Assembly (NCBI GenBank): GCA_938003985.1
Contig: CALKWZ010000022.1
Coordinates: 3,749 to 67,748, forward strand
Direction: 5' to 3'
DNA: 64,000 nt
Source: an uncultured Verrucomicrobiota bacterium
GTDB lineage: Bacteria > Verrucomicrobiota > Kiritimatiellia > CAIQIC01 > Lenti-01
Shown here piece after piece: positions 1 to 12,200 of the stretch; the stretch's first letter is position 1, and each line of letters begins with the position of its first letter. Both the position numbers and the translations under genes were made by a program. Below the pieces are notes generated by a model that worked only from the letters and a program-made list of their open reading frames with translations, was not told the origin of the DNA and did no database searches.

Positions 1-772
1 GCTGGCGCAGTCGGTCGTTTCGCTCGACCGCGCGGAAATGGCGCGGTTCTTCGTGCCCGAGCCGCAGTTCACCGATGCGCAGGTGGCGGCGGTGCGCTCG
101 TTCGACCTGATCTTCAACTATCTGCACGATCCGGTGGGCCAGGTGCGCAGCAACCTGCTGCTGGCGGGAGCCAAGCAGGTGTTGTCGGGCTCGCCGATCG
201 TCAAGCGCGGGCACGCGGTGCCGTTCCTGCTGGAGCCGTTGCAGGCGCTGGCGCTGTACGACACGGAACTGGTGCCGACTTTGGACTGGCCGGCGGACCG
301 GCGCGCCGCGGGCCGGGAGCGCCTGCGGGCGCTGGGGTTGCGGGAGCGGCCCGTCGCGGTGCATCCGGGCAGCGGCAGCCCGGCGAAAAACTGGCCCGTC
401 GAACGCTTCGTCGAAATCGTCCGGCGCCTGCGCGCCGCGGGGCGGGAAGCGGTGGCGGTTTTCGGCGAGGCCGACGTGGACGCGGCGGCCGTTTTCGCGC
501 GCGAGCTTCCGGATTTGCCGGTGTTGGCCGGCCTGACGCTGGTGGAATTGGCCGGCGCGCTGGCCGAATGCGGCGCGTTTTTGGGCAACGACTCGGGCAT
601 CGCGCATCTGGCGGCGGCGGTGGGGGTGCCGACGACGGCGCTGTTCGGGCCGTCGGACGCGGACGTCTGGGCGCCGCGCGGCCGGGGCGGCGTGCGCGTG
701 CTGCGCGCGCCCGAAGGCGAGCTGGTACGGCTGGAGATTTCCGCCGTCTGGAACGCCCTCGCGCAACCCTGA
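1..772 (+). CDS. ADP-heptose:LPS heptosyltransferase-like glycosyltransferase (GT9 family), 5'-partial (continues upstream of window)
   Basis: Frame is open to window edge (no stop 2..37). C-terminal GT9 motifs HPGSGSPAKNWP and GNDSGIAHLAAAVGVPTTALFGP. GC3-biased codons like neighbouring genes. Confidence 0.7.
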   Translation, partial: LAQSVVSLDRAEMARFFVPEPQFTDAQVAAVRSFDLIFNYLHDPVGQVRSNLLLAGAKQVLSGSPIVKRGHAVPFLLEPLQALALYDTELVPTLDWPADRRAAGRERLRALGLRERPVAVHPGSGSPAKNWPVERFVEIVRRLRAAGREAVAVFGEADVDAAAVFARELPDLPVLAGLTLVELAGALAECGAFLGNDSGIAHLAAAVGVPTTALFGPSDADVWAPRGRGGVRVLRAPEGELVRLEISAVWNALAQP

Positions 773-832
773 TTTGGTTTGCGCGGCGCGGCGGGGTGCG
801 GTACAACCCTTCGCCGAACCAGGAGCCCTTGG

Positions 833-2797
833 ATGAAGCCCGAAGCCTACTACGTCACGACGCCGATCTACTACGTCAACGACAAGCCGCACCTCGGCCA
901 TGCCTACACGACGGTGCTGGCCGACGTGCTGGCGCGCTGCCAGCGCCAGTTCGGGCGCGACGTCTGGTTCCTGACGGGCACCGACGAGCACGGCCAGAAG
1001 GTGCAGGAGGCCGCGGCCAAGCTGGGCATCGATCCGCAAACCCACGTCGATGCGACCGTGGTGCGCTTCCAGGAAGCGTGGCAGCGGCTCGAGATCCGCA
1101 ACGACGACTTCATCCGCACGACCGAACCGCGCCACAAGCTCATCGTGCAGGAAATCCTCCAGGATCTCTACGACCGCGGCGAAATCTACCGCGACGAATA
1201 CGACGGCTGGTACTGCGTGCCCTGCGAACGGTTCTTCACCGAGAAGGATCTCGTCAACGGCAACTGCCCGGAATGCGGCCGGCCGGTGCAGCGCGTGCGC
1301 GAAGCCAACTATTTCTTCAAGATGAGCGCCTACCAGGACTGGCTCGTCGAATACATCCAAACCCATCCCGACTTCATCCAGCCCGAATTCCGGCGCAACG
1401 AAACGCTGGGCTTCCTGCGCAAGCCGCTGCAGGACCTGTGCATTTCGCGGCCGAAGTCGCGCCTGGCCTGGGGCATCGAGCTGCCCTTCGATCCGGACTA
1501 CGTCACCTACGTCTGGTTCGACGCGCTGGTCAACTACGTCAGCGCGGTCGGCTACCGCCGCGACGACGCGCAGTTCGCGCGCCGCTGGCCGGCGATCCAT
1601 TTGATCGGCAAGGACATCCTGACGACGCACACGGTCTATTGGCCCTGCATGCTGAAAGCGATGGGCGTGGCGATGCCCAAGACGATCTTCGCGCACGGCT
1701 GGTGGCTGATGGGCGCCGCCAAGATGAGCAAGAGCCTCGGCAACGTGGTGAATCCGCTGGACCTGATGGACCGCTACGGCGTCGATCCGTTCCGCTACTT
1801 CCTGATGGCCGAAATGGCGATGGGGCAGGACGCGTCCTTCACCGAGGAGGCGTTCATCCGCCGCTACAACGCCGATCTGGCCAACGATCTGGGCAATCTG
1901 CTCAACCGCGTGGTCAGCATGGTCGGCAAGTATTGCGGCGGGAAGCTGCCGGCGCCGCCGGCGGGCACGTTCGCGAACGGCCCGGCCGCCGACCTGTTCA
2001 GGCAGGCCGCCGCGGCGGCCGCGGGCCTGCAAACCGCCGTCGAGACGTTCACGCTCCACGCCGGCGTCGCGCAGGTGATCGAGGCCGTGCGCGCCATCAA
2101 CAAATTCATCGAAATCCAGCAGCCCTGGACGCAAGCCCGCGCGGCCGATCCGGGGCCGCTGCACGCCACGCTCTACGCCGCCGCCGAAGCGCTGCGCGTT
2201 TGCGCCGGCCTGCTGGCGCCGTTGATGCCCACCAAGATGGCCGAGCTGCGCGCCGCGCTCGGCATGGAGAAGCCCATGACCGTGAATCCCGACGAATTGA
2301 CGAAGCCCGAAGTTCTGCAACCCGGCACGCCGGTGGCCGCGCCCGGAGCGCTGTTCCCGCGCATCGAAGCGCCGGCGCCCGCGGCGGAAACGAAGATCGA
2401 AACCGCGCCGGCCGCGCCGCCGCCGGCGCCCGCGAAGGCCGCGCCGGCGCCGGGCACGATCGCCCATCCGGAAGGCGTGATCGCCTACGACGATTTCGCG
2501 AAGGTGCAGCTGCGCACGGCGAAGATCATGGGCGCGGAGCCCATCGAAAACGCGGTGAAGCTGCTGAAGCTGAACGTGCTGATGGGCGACGAGCGCCGGC
2601 AGATCGTCGCCGGCATCGCGCTCTACTACAAGCCCGAGGAACTGATCGGCAAGACCGTCGTCGTGGTGTCGAACCTCGCGCCGATCAAGCTGCGCGGCGT
2701 GGAAAGCCAGGGCATGCTGCTGGCCGCCAGCAAGGGCGAGCGCCTGCGGTTGGTGACCGTGGACGGCGACCTGTCCAGCGGCGCCGTCGTCAAGTAG
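833..2797 (+). CDS. metG: methionine--tRNA ligase with C-terminal tRNA-binding (EMAP/Trbp111-like) domain
   Basis: ATG 833 preceded by AGGAG (821-825). HIGH motif (PHLGHAYT), KMSKS motif (KMSKSLGN), Zn-knuckle CPECG, C-terminal tRNA-binding domain. ORF track start 779 is a TTG-type over-extension. Confidence 0.95.
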   Translation: MKPEAYYVTTPIYYVNDKPHLGHAYTTVLADVLARCQRQFGRDVWFLTGTDEHGQKVQEAAAKLGIDPQTHVDATVVRFQEAWQRLEIRNDDFIRTTEPRHKLIVQEILQDLYDRGEIYRDEYDGWYCVPCERFFTEKDLVNGNCPECGRPVQRVREANYFFKMSAYQDWLVEYIQTHPDFIQPEFRRNETLGFLRKPLQDLCISRPKSRLAWGIELPFDPDYVTYVWFDALVNYVSAVGYRRDDAQFARRWPAIHLIGKDILTTHTVYWPCMLKAMGVAMPKTIFAHGWWLMGAAKMSKSLGNVVNPLDLMDRYGVDPFRYFLMAEMAMGQDASFTEEAFIRRYNADLANDLGNLLNRVVSMVGKYCGGKLPAPPAGTFANGPAADLFRQAAAAAAGLQTAVETFTLHAGVAQVIEAVRAINKFIEIQQPWTQARAADPGPLHATLYAAAEALRVCAGLLAPLMPTKMAELRAALGMEKPMTVNPDELTKPEVLQPGTPVAAPGALFPRIEAPAPAAETKIETAPAAPPPAPAKAAPAPGTIAHPEGVIAYDDFAKVQLRTAKIMGAEPIENAVKLLKLNVLMGDERRQIVAGIALYYKPEELIGKTVVVVSNLAPIKLRGVESQGMLLAASKGERLRLVTVDGDLSSGAVVK

Positions 2798-4106
2798 CCG
2801 CGGCCACCAGGCTGAACGGGCCGGCCCAGACGATGCGGGCCGCGATCGCGTCGCCGGGTTGCGCCGCCGAACCGTCCACGAAGACCGGCTTGCAGTCGGG
2901 CGTGCGCCCGTGCCGGCGACCGTTCTTCTCGATGCTCTCGACGAGGACGTCCACCGTTTGGCCCAGCAGCGGCGCGTTCTTTTCCGTCAGCCGGGCGCGC
3001 AACTGGGTTTCCAGCGCGACGCGCCGCCGCTCTTTTTCGGCTTCGGGCACGTCGTCGGGCAGGTGCCGCGCGGAATAGGTCAGGGGCCGCGGGGAATACT
3101 TGGCCACGCGGATCATGTCGGGATCCACGCGGCGCATGAGCGCCAGGGTTTCCTCGAATTGCGCGGCGGTTTCGCCGGGAAAGCCGACGATGACGTCGGT
3201 GGAGAGCCCCACGTGCGGGAGGGCCGCGCGGACGCGGGCGACGAGCGCTTCGTAGTCCGCCACGGTGTATCCGCGGCGCATCGCGGCGAGCACGGCGTCG
3301 GATCCGGCCTGCACCGGGATTTCGAAATAGGGGCACAGGCCGGGCGTGGCCGCGACGGCGGCGATCAGGTCGTCCGTGATCCAGCGCGGATGGCTGGTGA
3401 GGAAGCGGACGCGGAGAAGGCCGGGGATGGCGGCGACGCGGCGGAGCAGCTCGGGCAGGTGGATTTCGCCGGGGCGGTCCAGGCCGTAGCGGTCGACGAT
3501 CTGGCCGAGCAGGATGATTTCGCGCACGCCGCGCGCGGCGAGCGCGGCGGCTTCGGCGAGGATTTCGGCGGCCGGGCGCGAACGTTCCCCGCCGCGGCGG
3601 TAGGGGATGACGCAGTAGGTGCAGGCGTGGGAGCAGCCGAGCACGACGGGCACGTGCGCGACGACGGCGCGGCCGGTCTGCGAATCGGGCAGGGGCGGCG
3701 GCGGCAGGTCGTCGTCCGCGGCGGCCGCGGGCGGGAGCTGGCCGCCCGTTTCCAGATAGGCGCGCAAGGGCGCGAGATCCGACGGCGGCAGGAAGAGATC
3801 GACGAACGGAAAGCGGGCGCGGAAGCGGTCGAGTTCGCGGGGATTTTTCCCCACGAGGCAACCCATGAGCGCGACGGTCCGTTCCGGATTCTCCCGCCTG
3901 AGTTCGGCCACGTAGGTCAGGCGCGAATAGATCTTGTCCTCGGCCTGCTGGCGCACGACGCAGGTGTTCAGCAGCAGCAGGGCGGCGTCGCGGGCGTGCG
4001 CGACGGGCCGGAAACCGGCGGATTCCAGCAACGCGGCCGCGCGCAGGGCGTCGGCCTCGTTCATCTGGCACCCGATGGTCCAGAGGTGATAGGTGGAGGG
4101 CGTCAA
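2790..4106 (-). CDS. miaB: tRNA-2-methylthio-N6-isopentenyladenosine synthase-type methylthiotransferase (MiaB/RimO family radical SAM)
   Basis: N-terminus YHLWTIGCQMNEAD aligns with E. coli MiaB LHIKTWGCQMNEYD; radical SAM CxxxCxxC (CSHACTYC); TRAM-like C-terminus. 3' end overlaps metG convergently by 8 bp. Start uncertain: only in-frame candidate upstream of the conserved Cys is TTG at 4106 (no ATG/GTG); the ORF-track 5' extension to 4799 is Arg/Gly low-complexity. Confidence 0.8.
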   Translation of the reverse strand: MTPSTYHLWTIGCQMNEADALRAAALLESAGFRPVAHARDAALLLLNTCVVRQQAEDKIYSRLTYVAELRRENPERTVALMGCLVGKNPRELDRFRARFPFVDLFLPPSDLAPLRAYLETGGQLPPAAAADDDLPPPPLPDSQTGRAVVAHVPVVLGCSHACTYCVIPYRRGGERSRPAAEILAEAAALAARGVREIILLGQIVDRYGLDRPGEIHLPELLRRVAAIPGLLRVRFLTSHPRWITDDLIAAVAATPGLCPYFEIPVQAGSDAVLAAMRRGYTVADYEALVARVRAALPHVGLSTDVIVGFPGETAAQFEETLALMRRVDPDMIRVAKYSPRPLTYSARHLPDDVPEAEKERRRVALETQLRARLTEKNAPLLGQTVDVLVESIEKNGRRHGRTPDCKPVFVDGSAAQPGDAIAARIVWAGPFSLVAAAT

Positions 4107-4132
4107 GAGCGGCGGGGCGGAGCGGCCGGACC

Positions 4133-4600
4133 CTAGCGTTTTTTGCGGGCCGGCGCCTTGGCCTTGGGTTTCGCCTTGGCCTTGGGTTGCGGTTTCGCGG
4201 CGGCCCTGGGTTTCGCCTTGGCTTTGGGGGCGGGCTTGGCCGGGGCCGGCGCTTTTTTCTTGGCCACGGCCTTGGCGGCGGCGGGCTTGGTCTTGGCGGC
4301 CGCCGCCGGTTTCGCCGGCGGGACGGGCGCCGCGGCCACGGCCTCCTCGTCGGGTTCGTCGTCGTCGAAGCCTTCGAGCAGCAGCAGCTCCTTTTCCTCT
4401 TCGCTGGGCTCTTCGTCCTCGTCCTCGTCGTCGAATTCGGCCTGCGCGGCGCAATCGGAACAGAGCGCGGACTGCGGGAAGCAGGCGGAGCAGAACTCGA
4501 TGCCGCACATGGTGCATTCCCTCAAAAAGTCCTCGCCGTGGACGTCGCATCCGCTCGTATAGCCGCCGAAGGGGCTGAATTCCTCGTCTTCCATGCTCAT
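4133..4600 (-). CDS. small Cys-rich (zinc-ribbon-like), acidic-linker, Lys/Ala/Pro-rich histone H1-like tail protein
   Basis: ATG 4600 with GAGGA 6 nt upstream. 155 aa: CxxC-x4-CxxC-x7-CxxC cluster, acidic stretch DDEDEDEEPSEEE, C-terminal AKPAAAAKTKPAAAKAVAKKKAPAPAKPAPKAKAKP repeats encoded by GCCTTGG-type DNA repeats. Lys mostly AAG as expected for high GC. Confidence 0.6.
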   Translation of the reverse strand: MSMEDEEFSPFGGYTSGCDVHGEDFLRECTMCGIEFCSACFPQSALCSDCAAQAEFDDEDEDEEPSEEEKELLLLEGFDDDEPDEEAVAAAPVPPAKPAAAAKTKPAAAKAVAKKKAPAPAKPAPKAKAKPRAAAKPQPKAKAKPKAKAPARKKR

Positions 4601-4786
4601 GTCCGGTCCTCGGGGGTTCAAGTTGGCGGAATCGCGCGCGACCCGCGCGCATCCTGCTTGTACTGTTCGCACGGGACGGCTTGATCGTCAAGCGGTGAAA
4701 TGCGCGAAAAACGCCGGCCCGCTTTTTTGTTTGCGGCGGCGCGCCGCCTCGTGGGAAAGTACGGCCATGCGCGGATCGCGACGGAC

Positions 4787-5970
4787 ATGAAGTCGGCATT
4801 CTGGAACAAGTTGATCGAGCGTCTGGACAAGCTCGATCCCGGCAGCGTCCAGGCCCAATTCCTCCGGTTGGCCGGGGAGCGGGGGCTGCTGGAAACGATT
4901 TTCCACGCGCTGCGCGAAGGCATCCTGGTCCTGGACGCGGAAGGGCGGATCGTCTACGCGAACCGCGGGGCCGGCAAGCTCCTGGGCATGGACGAGGCGG
5001 CGGCGGTGGGCCAGCCGATGAAGCGCTACGTGCGCGACATCGAGTGGGAACGGCTGCTGCGGCAGGACGAACGGGAATGGACCCGCCTGGCCAGCCGCGA
5101 AATCGAAATCGCCTATCCGGAACACCGCTTCCTGGCGCTCTATCTGGCGCCGCTGGAGAATCCGGCCGACGGCCGCACCGGCGCGGTGATGATCTTGCGC
5201 GACGTGACGCAGGACCGGGGCCGCGCGGAAGAGGTCGTCGAATCCGAGCGCCTGAACGCCATCCTGATGCTGGCGGCGGGCGTCGCCCACGAAATCGGCA
5301 ACCCGCTCAACTCGCTGGGCATCCATCTGCAATTGATGGAGCGGGAACTGCGGAACCTGCCGGAAGCGGGGACGGAGCCGCTGCAGGAACTGCTCGACGT
5401 CGCCCGGGGGGAGATCCGGCGCCTGGAGCAGATCCTGGCGCAGTTCCTGAAGGCGATCCGGCCGAGCCAGCCGAATTGCGCGCCGCACGCGCTGCCGGAC
5501 CTCGTCGCGCAGACGCTGGAAACGCTGGCGGCGGAGATCCGCGACCGCAAGATCGTGGTGGCGGTGGAAGCGGCGGACGACCTGCCGCCGGCCTGGGTGG
5601 ATGCCGGCCAGGTGCGGCAGGCGTTCTTCAACGTGATCCGCAACGCGCTGCAGGCCATGACCGGCGGCGGCGTGCTGCGCATTTCCTTCGCGGCGTCGGA
5701 GCGGCTCGTCGGCGCGACGTTCCAGGACACGGGCCCCGGCATTCCCTCCGGCAAGATGGGCGATCTGTTCGAGCCCTTCCGCACGACGAAGGCGGAGGGC
5801 CACGGCATGGGGCTGATGATCGTGCAGCGCATCGTGCGCGACCACGGCGGGACCGTCCAGGTGGACAACCTGCCGACCGGCGCGCGGATCCAGCTGAACT
5901 TCCGGCGCGACGACCAGCGCATCCGGCTCTTGGCCGCGCCGCCGGCCGCGCCCGCGGAGGAACCGGCCCC

Positions 5971-5974
<4 letters not shown>
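4787..5974 (+). CDS. PAS-domain sensor histidine kinase (NtrB/AtoS-like)
   Basis: PAS region ([14 protein letters not shown]), HisKA H-box ([11 protein letters not shown]), HATPase_c G-boxes (DTGPGIP, GHGMGL). Alternative ATG at 4700 adds an Arg-rich 29 aa; 4787 (MKSAFW) preferred. Confidence 0.85.
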
Positions 5975-7341
<1,367 letters not shown>

Positions 7342-7354
7342 AAGGGCGGACGCC

Positions 7355-9103
7355 ATGGCGCTAGCATTCGAATCCAGCATGCAGAACCTGGTCTACCAGA
7401 TGGACCAGGGCTCGGGGCGGAAGGTCATCCACGCGGCGCTCTTCGCGCTGTTCGCGTTCGCGATGGCCGCGCTCTACACCTTCACGAACTTCCAGGGCCT
7501 GCGCGATGCCCGCGCGATGGAGGAAGCCCAGCTGGCGCGCAACTTCGCGCAGCGCGGCCAACTCGTCACGCAATGCGTGCGCCCGTTCGCGCTCGGGCGG
7601 CTGGCCGCGCGGTCGCCGGACGGCGCCGTCTCGGCGCTGGACCAGCCGGATCTGCTGCATCCGCCGCTCTGGCCGGCGATTCTCGCCGGAACCTTTCGCC
7701 TGGTCGGCATGCCGCAACCCGGCACGCCGACGACGGCCTACGTGAACGGCATGGACTATCTGCCGGTGGCGACGAGCCATTTCTTCACGGCCTTGGCGGC
7801 GATCCTGGTCTGGCTGCTCGGGTGCAAGCTGTTCGACCATCGCGTGGGGGTGCTGGCCGCCAGCTCGTTCCTGCTCAGCGATCTGGCCTGGCGCTGGAGC
7901 CTGCTCGGGTCGGATCTGGCCGCGGCGACTTTTTTCGCCCTCGCGGCGGTCTATGCGGGCGTCTGGGCGGCGGAACTGCCGGCGGGCGCGGGCGCGGGGG
8001 CGACGGCGGAGCAGGGGCGCGTCGCGCGCTGGCTGGTGCCGCTGGTGCTGGCGGCCCTGTTGACTTCGGCGGCGTTCCTGACGCGCTATGCGACCGGCGT
8101 GGTCGCGTGGACGGTGGTGTTCCTGCATCTCGGCGCTTCGCGGCGCCGGCGGCCTTGGGCGAAGGCCGCGCTGTTCGCCGGGCTGGCCGCGCTGCCGGCG
8201 ATTCCCTGGATCGCGCGCAACGTCGCCTTGTGCGGGCAGCCGTTCGGGCTGGTCCTGTACCAGGCGCTGGCCGGTTCCCATCTGTTTCCCGGCGACGCGC
8301 TGGCCCGCTCGCTGGCACCCGAGCTGCCGGACGCCGGGACCGCGTTCTATGCGCTGCAAATCAAGGCGGTCGCGAATCTGCGGGCGTTTTTCGCGGAAGG
8401 CTTCGGATTCGCGAGCGGCGGCTTCGTGCTGGCCTTGTTCGGGGCGATGTACCTGCATCGGTTCGTGCGCCATGCCAGCCGCACCTTGCGCTGGTGCCTG
8501 CTGCCCGCGGGACTGATCGCGATCCTCAACGCCGCCGCGTTCGGCGAGGAAAGCCTGCGCGCGCTGGCCGTCTTCTGGCCGCTGCTTTTGCCGTATGGCT
8601 GGGCGTTCTTCCTCGTGCTGCTCGACCGGCTGCAATTCGAGATGCGGGCGTTCGCTTCCGCGGCGATCACGGCCCTGCTGCTGCTCACGGCCTTGCCGCT
8701 GCTGGTCCACGTGCTGCCGCCGCGCACCGGGCTGCCGTATCCGCCGTATTTCCACAACTACATCGGCTGGGTGACGTCGATGCTCGAGCCCGAGGAGTGC
8801 CTGACGACGGACATTCCCTGGGCGACGGCCTGGTATGGCGGCCGGACGTCGATCCAGTTGCCGCGGGACATCGACGGGTTCTACAAGATCGCGGAAAAGC
8901 ACCAGCGGATATCGCTGGCCTATTTCACGACCGTCACGCGCGACAAACCGTGGGTGCGGGGGTTGTCCGATCCCACCGCGCCGGAATACACGTGGTACCA
9001 AGTCTTTGCCCAAGGAAAGGTTCCGGGAAATTTCCCGCTGACCCACGGGCGGTTCCTGGCAGGCAGCGACCAGCTCATCCTGGCCGACCGGCAGCGGTGG
9101 TGA
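7355..9103 (+). CDS. polytopic membrane protein, putative GT-C fold glycosyltransferase (ArnT/PMT-like)
   Basis: ATG 7355, 11 nt after regulator stop. More than 10 predicted TM helices; N-terminal loop [13 protein letters not shown] resembles the ArnT DEGRYAEIAREM loop; C-terminal soluble domain. Confidence 0.55.
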   Translation: MALAFESSMQNLVYQMDQGSGRKVIHAALFALFAFAMAALYTFTNFQGLRDARAMEEAQLARNFAQRGQLVTQCVRPFALGRLAARSPDGAVSALDQPDLLHPPLWPAILAGTFRLVGMPQPGTPTTAYVNGMDYLPVATSHFFTALAAILVWLLGCKLFDHRVGVLAASSFLLSDLAWRWSLLGSDLAAATFFALAAVYAGVWAAELPAGAGAGATAEQGRVARWLVPLVLAALLTSAAFLTRYATGVVAWTVVFLHLGASRRRRPWAKAALFAGLAALPAIPWIARNVALCGQPFGLVLYQALAGSHLFPGDALARSLAPELPDAGTAFYALQIKAVANLRAFFAEGFGFASGGFVLALFGAMYLHRFVRHASRTLRWCLLPAGLIAILNAAAFGEESLRALAVFWPLLLPYGWAFFLVLLDRLQFEMRAFASAAITALLLLTALPLLVHVLPPRTGLPYPPYFHNYIGWVTSMLEPEECLTTDIPWATAWYGGRTSIQLPRDIDGFYKIAEKHQRISLAYFTTVTRDKPWVRGLSDPTAPEYTWYQVFAQGKVPGNFPLTHGRFLAGSDQLILADRQRW

Positions 9104-9196
9104 TTTCTTCGCCCCGTCCGTCCGGCCGGCGCTCCGCGACCTGAGAACGGCCGAAAAAACGCTCCACTTCCGCGGGGCGAACGGGGCGCGATTTCC

Positions 9197-9226
9197 TTGC
9201 GGCACCCCGGTCTTCTGGTGTACTGT
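9197..9226 (+). promoter_or_regulatory. possible sigma-70-type promoter for the large protease gene (TTGCGG -N18- TACTGT)
   Basis: Seen in sequence: TTGCGG at 9197-9202, TACTGT at 9221-9226, 18-nt spacer, about 25 nt upstream of AGGAG+ATG 9251. Pattern only. Confidence 0.3.
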
Positions 9227-9250
9227 CTACCACAATACAGGAGTACCTCC

Positions 9251-12200
9251 ATGAAGCTGTTCCCCCGCGTTGCCTTGTTGGGTCTTATCGTGCTCGGATG
9301 CGCCGTTCTGGCCCCGGCGCAATCCATTCACCTGAACGCCGGCGCCATCGCCACCGGCCGCGCCGCGAAGAAAACGCCGACGCGCGCCCTCGCGGCGAAC
9401 TTCGCCGGCAACCGGCTGCAGCTGGTGCAGTTCGCCGGTCCGATCCAGCCGGAATGGGTGGAACAGTTGAAAGCGGGCGGCTTCCAGATCGTGGACTACG
9501 TGCCCGAAAACGCCTACCTCGTCTACGGCGGTTCGGCCGCCGCGCGCGCGCTCCAGGCGCGCGCCAAGCACGTGAAATGGTCCGGCGCCTATCTGGCGAG
9601 CGACAAGATCCATCCGCGCGCCAGGCCCGAGGCCGCCGCGGAGCGCCGCGCGCTCGTGGGCGAGGACGACTTGTTCGCCGTCCAGCTCGTGCAGGATGAA
9701 ACGGCCAACGCGGAAACGGTGGCGCTGCTGCAGGGCCTGGCCAAGGAACCGCTCCAGCGCAACCAGGCGTTCCGCCACTACCGCAACCTCGTCGTCCGCA
9801 TGGATCCGGCGGAAGTCGCCGCCGTCGCCGAACGGCCCGACGTGATTTCCATCGCCCCCTACGTCCTGCCGAAGAAGTTCGACGAGCGCCAGGGCATGAT
9901 CGTGGCCGGGCAGCTGGCGGGCAGCGGCCCCTCCGGCCCGGGCTACCTGGCCTGGCTGACCGGGAAAGGCTTCACCCAGCAGCAGTTCAACGAATCCGGC
10001 CTCGTGGTGGACGTCTGCGACTCGGGCCTGGACAACGGCTCGACCAACGCCAACCATTTCGGCCTGTATACGGCCGGCAACACCGCGCTGGCCAGCCGCG
10101 TGGTCTATGCGCGCCTCGAAGGCACCGCCAACAGCGGCAGCACCATCCAGGGTTGCGACGGCCACGGCACGCTCAACGGCCACATCATCGGCGGCTACAA
10201 CGACAGCAACGCCGGCTTCCCGCACCAGGACTCGGGCGGCTACCGCTACGGTCTCGGCATCGCGCCGTTCGTGCGGCTGGGTTCGTCGGTCATTTTCGAC
10301 CCCGGCAACTTCACCAGCCCGAACTACAGCGACATGATTTCGCGCGCGTACCGCGACGGGGCGCGGATCAGTTCCGACAGCTGGGGCGCGGACACCTACG
10401 GCGGCTACGACGTCGACGCGCAGGAGTACGACGCGCTGGTGCGCGACGCCCAGCCCTCCGGCGCGGCGGTGCCCGCCGCGGGCAACCAGGGCATGACGAT
10501 CGTGTTCGCCGCCGGCAACGCCGGGTCCGGCGCCGGCACCGTCGGCTCGCCCGGCACGGCCAAGAACGTCATCACCGTCGGCGCGGCCGAAAACGTCCAT
10601 TCCCACGCGATCACCAACGGCGGCAACAGCGCCACGGGCGCCGACGGCTGCGACACGCCCGATGCCGAAGCCAACAGCGCCAACGACGTCGCCAGCTTCT
10701 CGAGCCGCGGGCCGTGCAGCGACGGCCGCCGCAAGCCCGAAATCCTCGCGCCCGGCACGCACGTGACCGGCGGCGTGGCGCAGCAGGTCAAGGCGATGGC
10801 CGGCAACGGCAACGACCTGGCGTGTTTCGACGGCACGGGCGTTTGCGCGCTGCCCGGCGGCGGCACGGCCGGCAGCACCAACAACTTCTTCCCGCTGGGC
10901 CAGCAGTGGTACAGCACCTCGTCGGGCACCAGCCATTCGACGCCGGCGGTGGCCGGCGGCGCCGCGCTGGTCTACCAGTATTTCCTCAACCAGGCCTGGG
11001 GCGCGCCCAGTCCGGCCATGGTCAAGGCCTACCTGATGAATGCCGCCCGCTACATGACGGGCGTGGATGCCGGCGACGACCTGTGGTCCAACGACCAGGG
11101 CATGGGCATGATGAACCTCGATTTCGCCTTCGACGGCACGGCCCGCATCCTGCGCGACCAGGTGCCCGCCGACGTCTTCACCGCCAGCGGCCAGTCCCGC
11201 GCCATCAGCGGCCTCGTCGTGGACGCCGGCAAGCCGGTGCGCGTGAGCCTGTCGTGGACGGACGCCCCGGGTTCGACCACGGGCAATTCCTACAACAACA
11301 ACCTCAACCTGACCGTGGTGGCCGGCGGCAAGACCTATCTGGGCAACGTGTTCAACGGCGCGGTCTCCACCAACGGCGGCGTCGCCGACGCCAAGAACAA
11401 TTCCGAAAGCGTGTTCCTGCCGGCCGGCACGACCGGCGCGGTGACGGTGGTCGTCACGGCCGCCAACATCGTTTCCGACGGCGTGCCCAACGCCGAACCG
11501 GCGCTGGACCAGGACTACGCGCTGGTGATCTACAACCTCGACGAAGTCGAAATGCCCGTGGTGATGGGCGAGGGCCGCGCGCTGGTCGCCGAAAGCTGCG
11601 GCGTGGTCGGCAACGGCGCCATCGATCCCGACGAAACCGTCACGGTCGATTTCGTCCTGCGCAACGCGGGTTCGGCCGACACCACCAACGTCGTGGCGAC
11701 CTTGCTGGCGACCGGCGGCGTGACCGCCCCGGACGGCCCGCACGCCTACGGCGCCCTGCTGGCCGGCGGCGCGTCCGCCACCCAGTCCTTCACCTTCGCG
11801 GCCACCGGCGAATGCGGCGGCACGCTGACCGCGACCCTGGCGCTGGAAGACAACGGCCTCGACCTCGGCGTCGTCACGTTCGACTTCCGCCTCGGCGGCA
11901 CGACCGACACGGCCAAGGGCGCGACGAACGCCGCGGCCATCACGATCGTCGACAACGCCTCGGGTTCGCCGTATCCCAGCACGATCACCCTCGCGGACCT
12001 GCCGGGCACCATCAGCAAGGTCACGGCCACCCTGCGCGGCTTTGCCCACGGCTGGCCCGCCGACGTGGACGTGCTGCTGGTCAGCCCCGACGGCGCGGCG
12101 GTCTCGCTGATGAGCGAACTGGGCGGCGGCACGAGCGTCAGCGGCGCCAACCTGACGTTCGACGACGATGCCGCTTCCGTCGTCGGCACGCCGATCGTCT

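Noticed and set aside
568-4136. Long alternate-frame ORFs 568..3078 +, 2626..4071 -, 2859..4136 + overlapping metG/miaB
   Set aside because: Low-complexity Arg/Pro/Gly translations. metG and miaB frames carry HIGH/KMSKS and CxxxCxxC motifs respectively.
4107-4799. 5' extension of the miaB ORF and 4093..4578 + ORF antisense to the histone-like gene
   Set aside because: Extension is Arg/Gly-rich and overlaps a better-supported gene on the same strand in another frame. The conserved MiaB N-terminus begins at TTG 4106.
5044-5970. N-terminal 309-aa extension of the response-regulator ORF in the track (and 5140..7380 minus ORF)
   Set aside because: Overlaps the histidine kinase in another frame. 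The regulator begins at GTG 5971 with GGAGG and a GTGA overlap; the extension is Gly/Arg/Pro-rich.
8307-8323. Sigma-54 promoter-like GG-N10-GC motif (TGGCACccgagCTGC)
   Set aside because: Lies inside the 7355..9103 coding sequence, has a weak -12 element (CTGC) and no downstream gene start; most likely chance.
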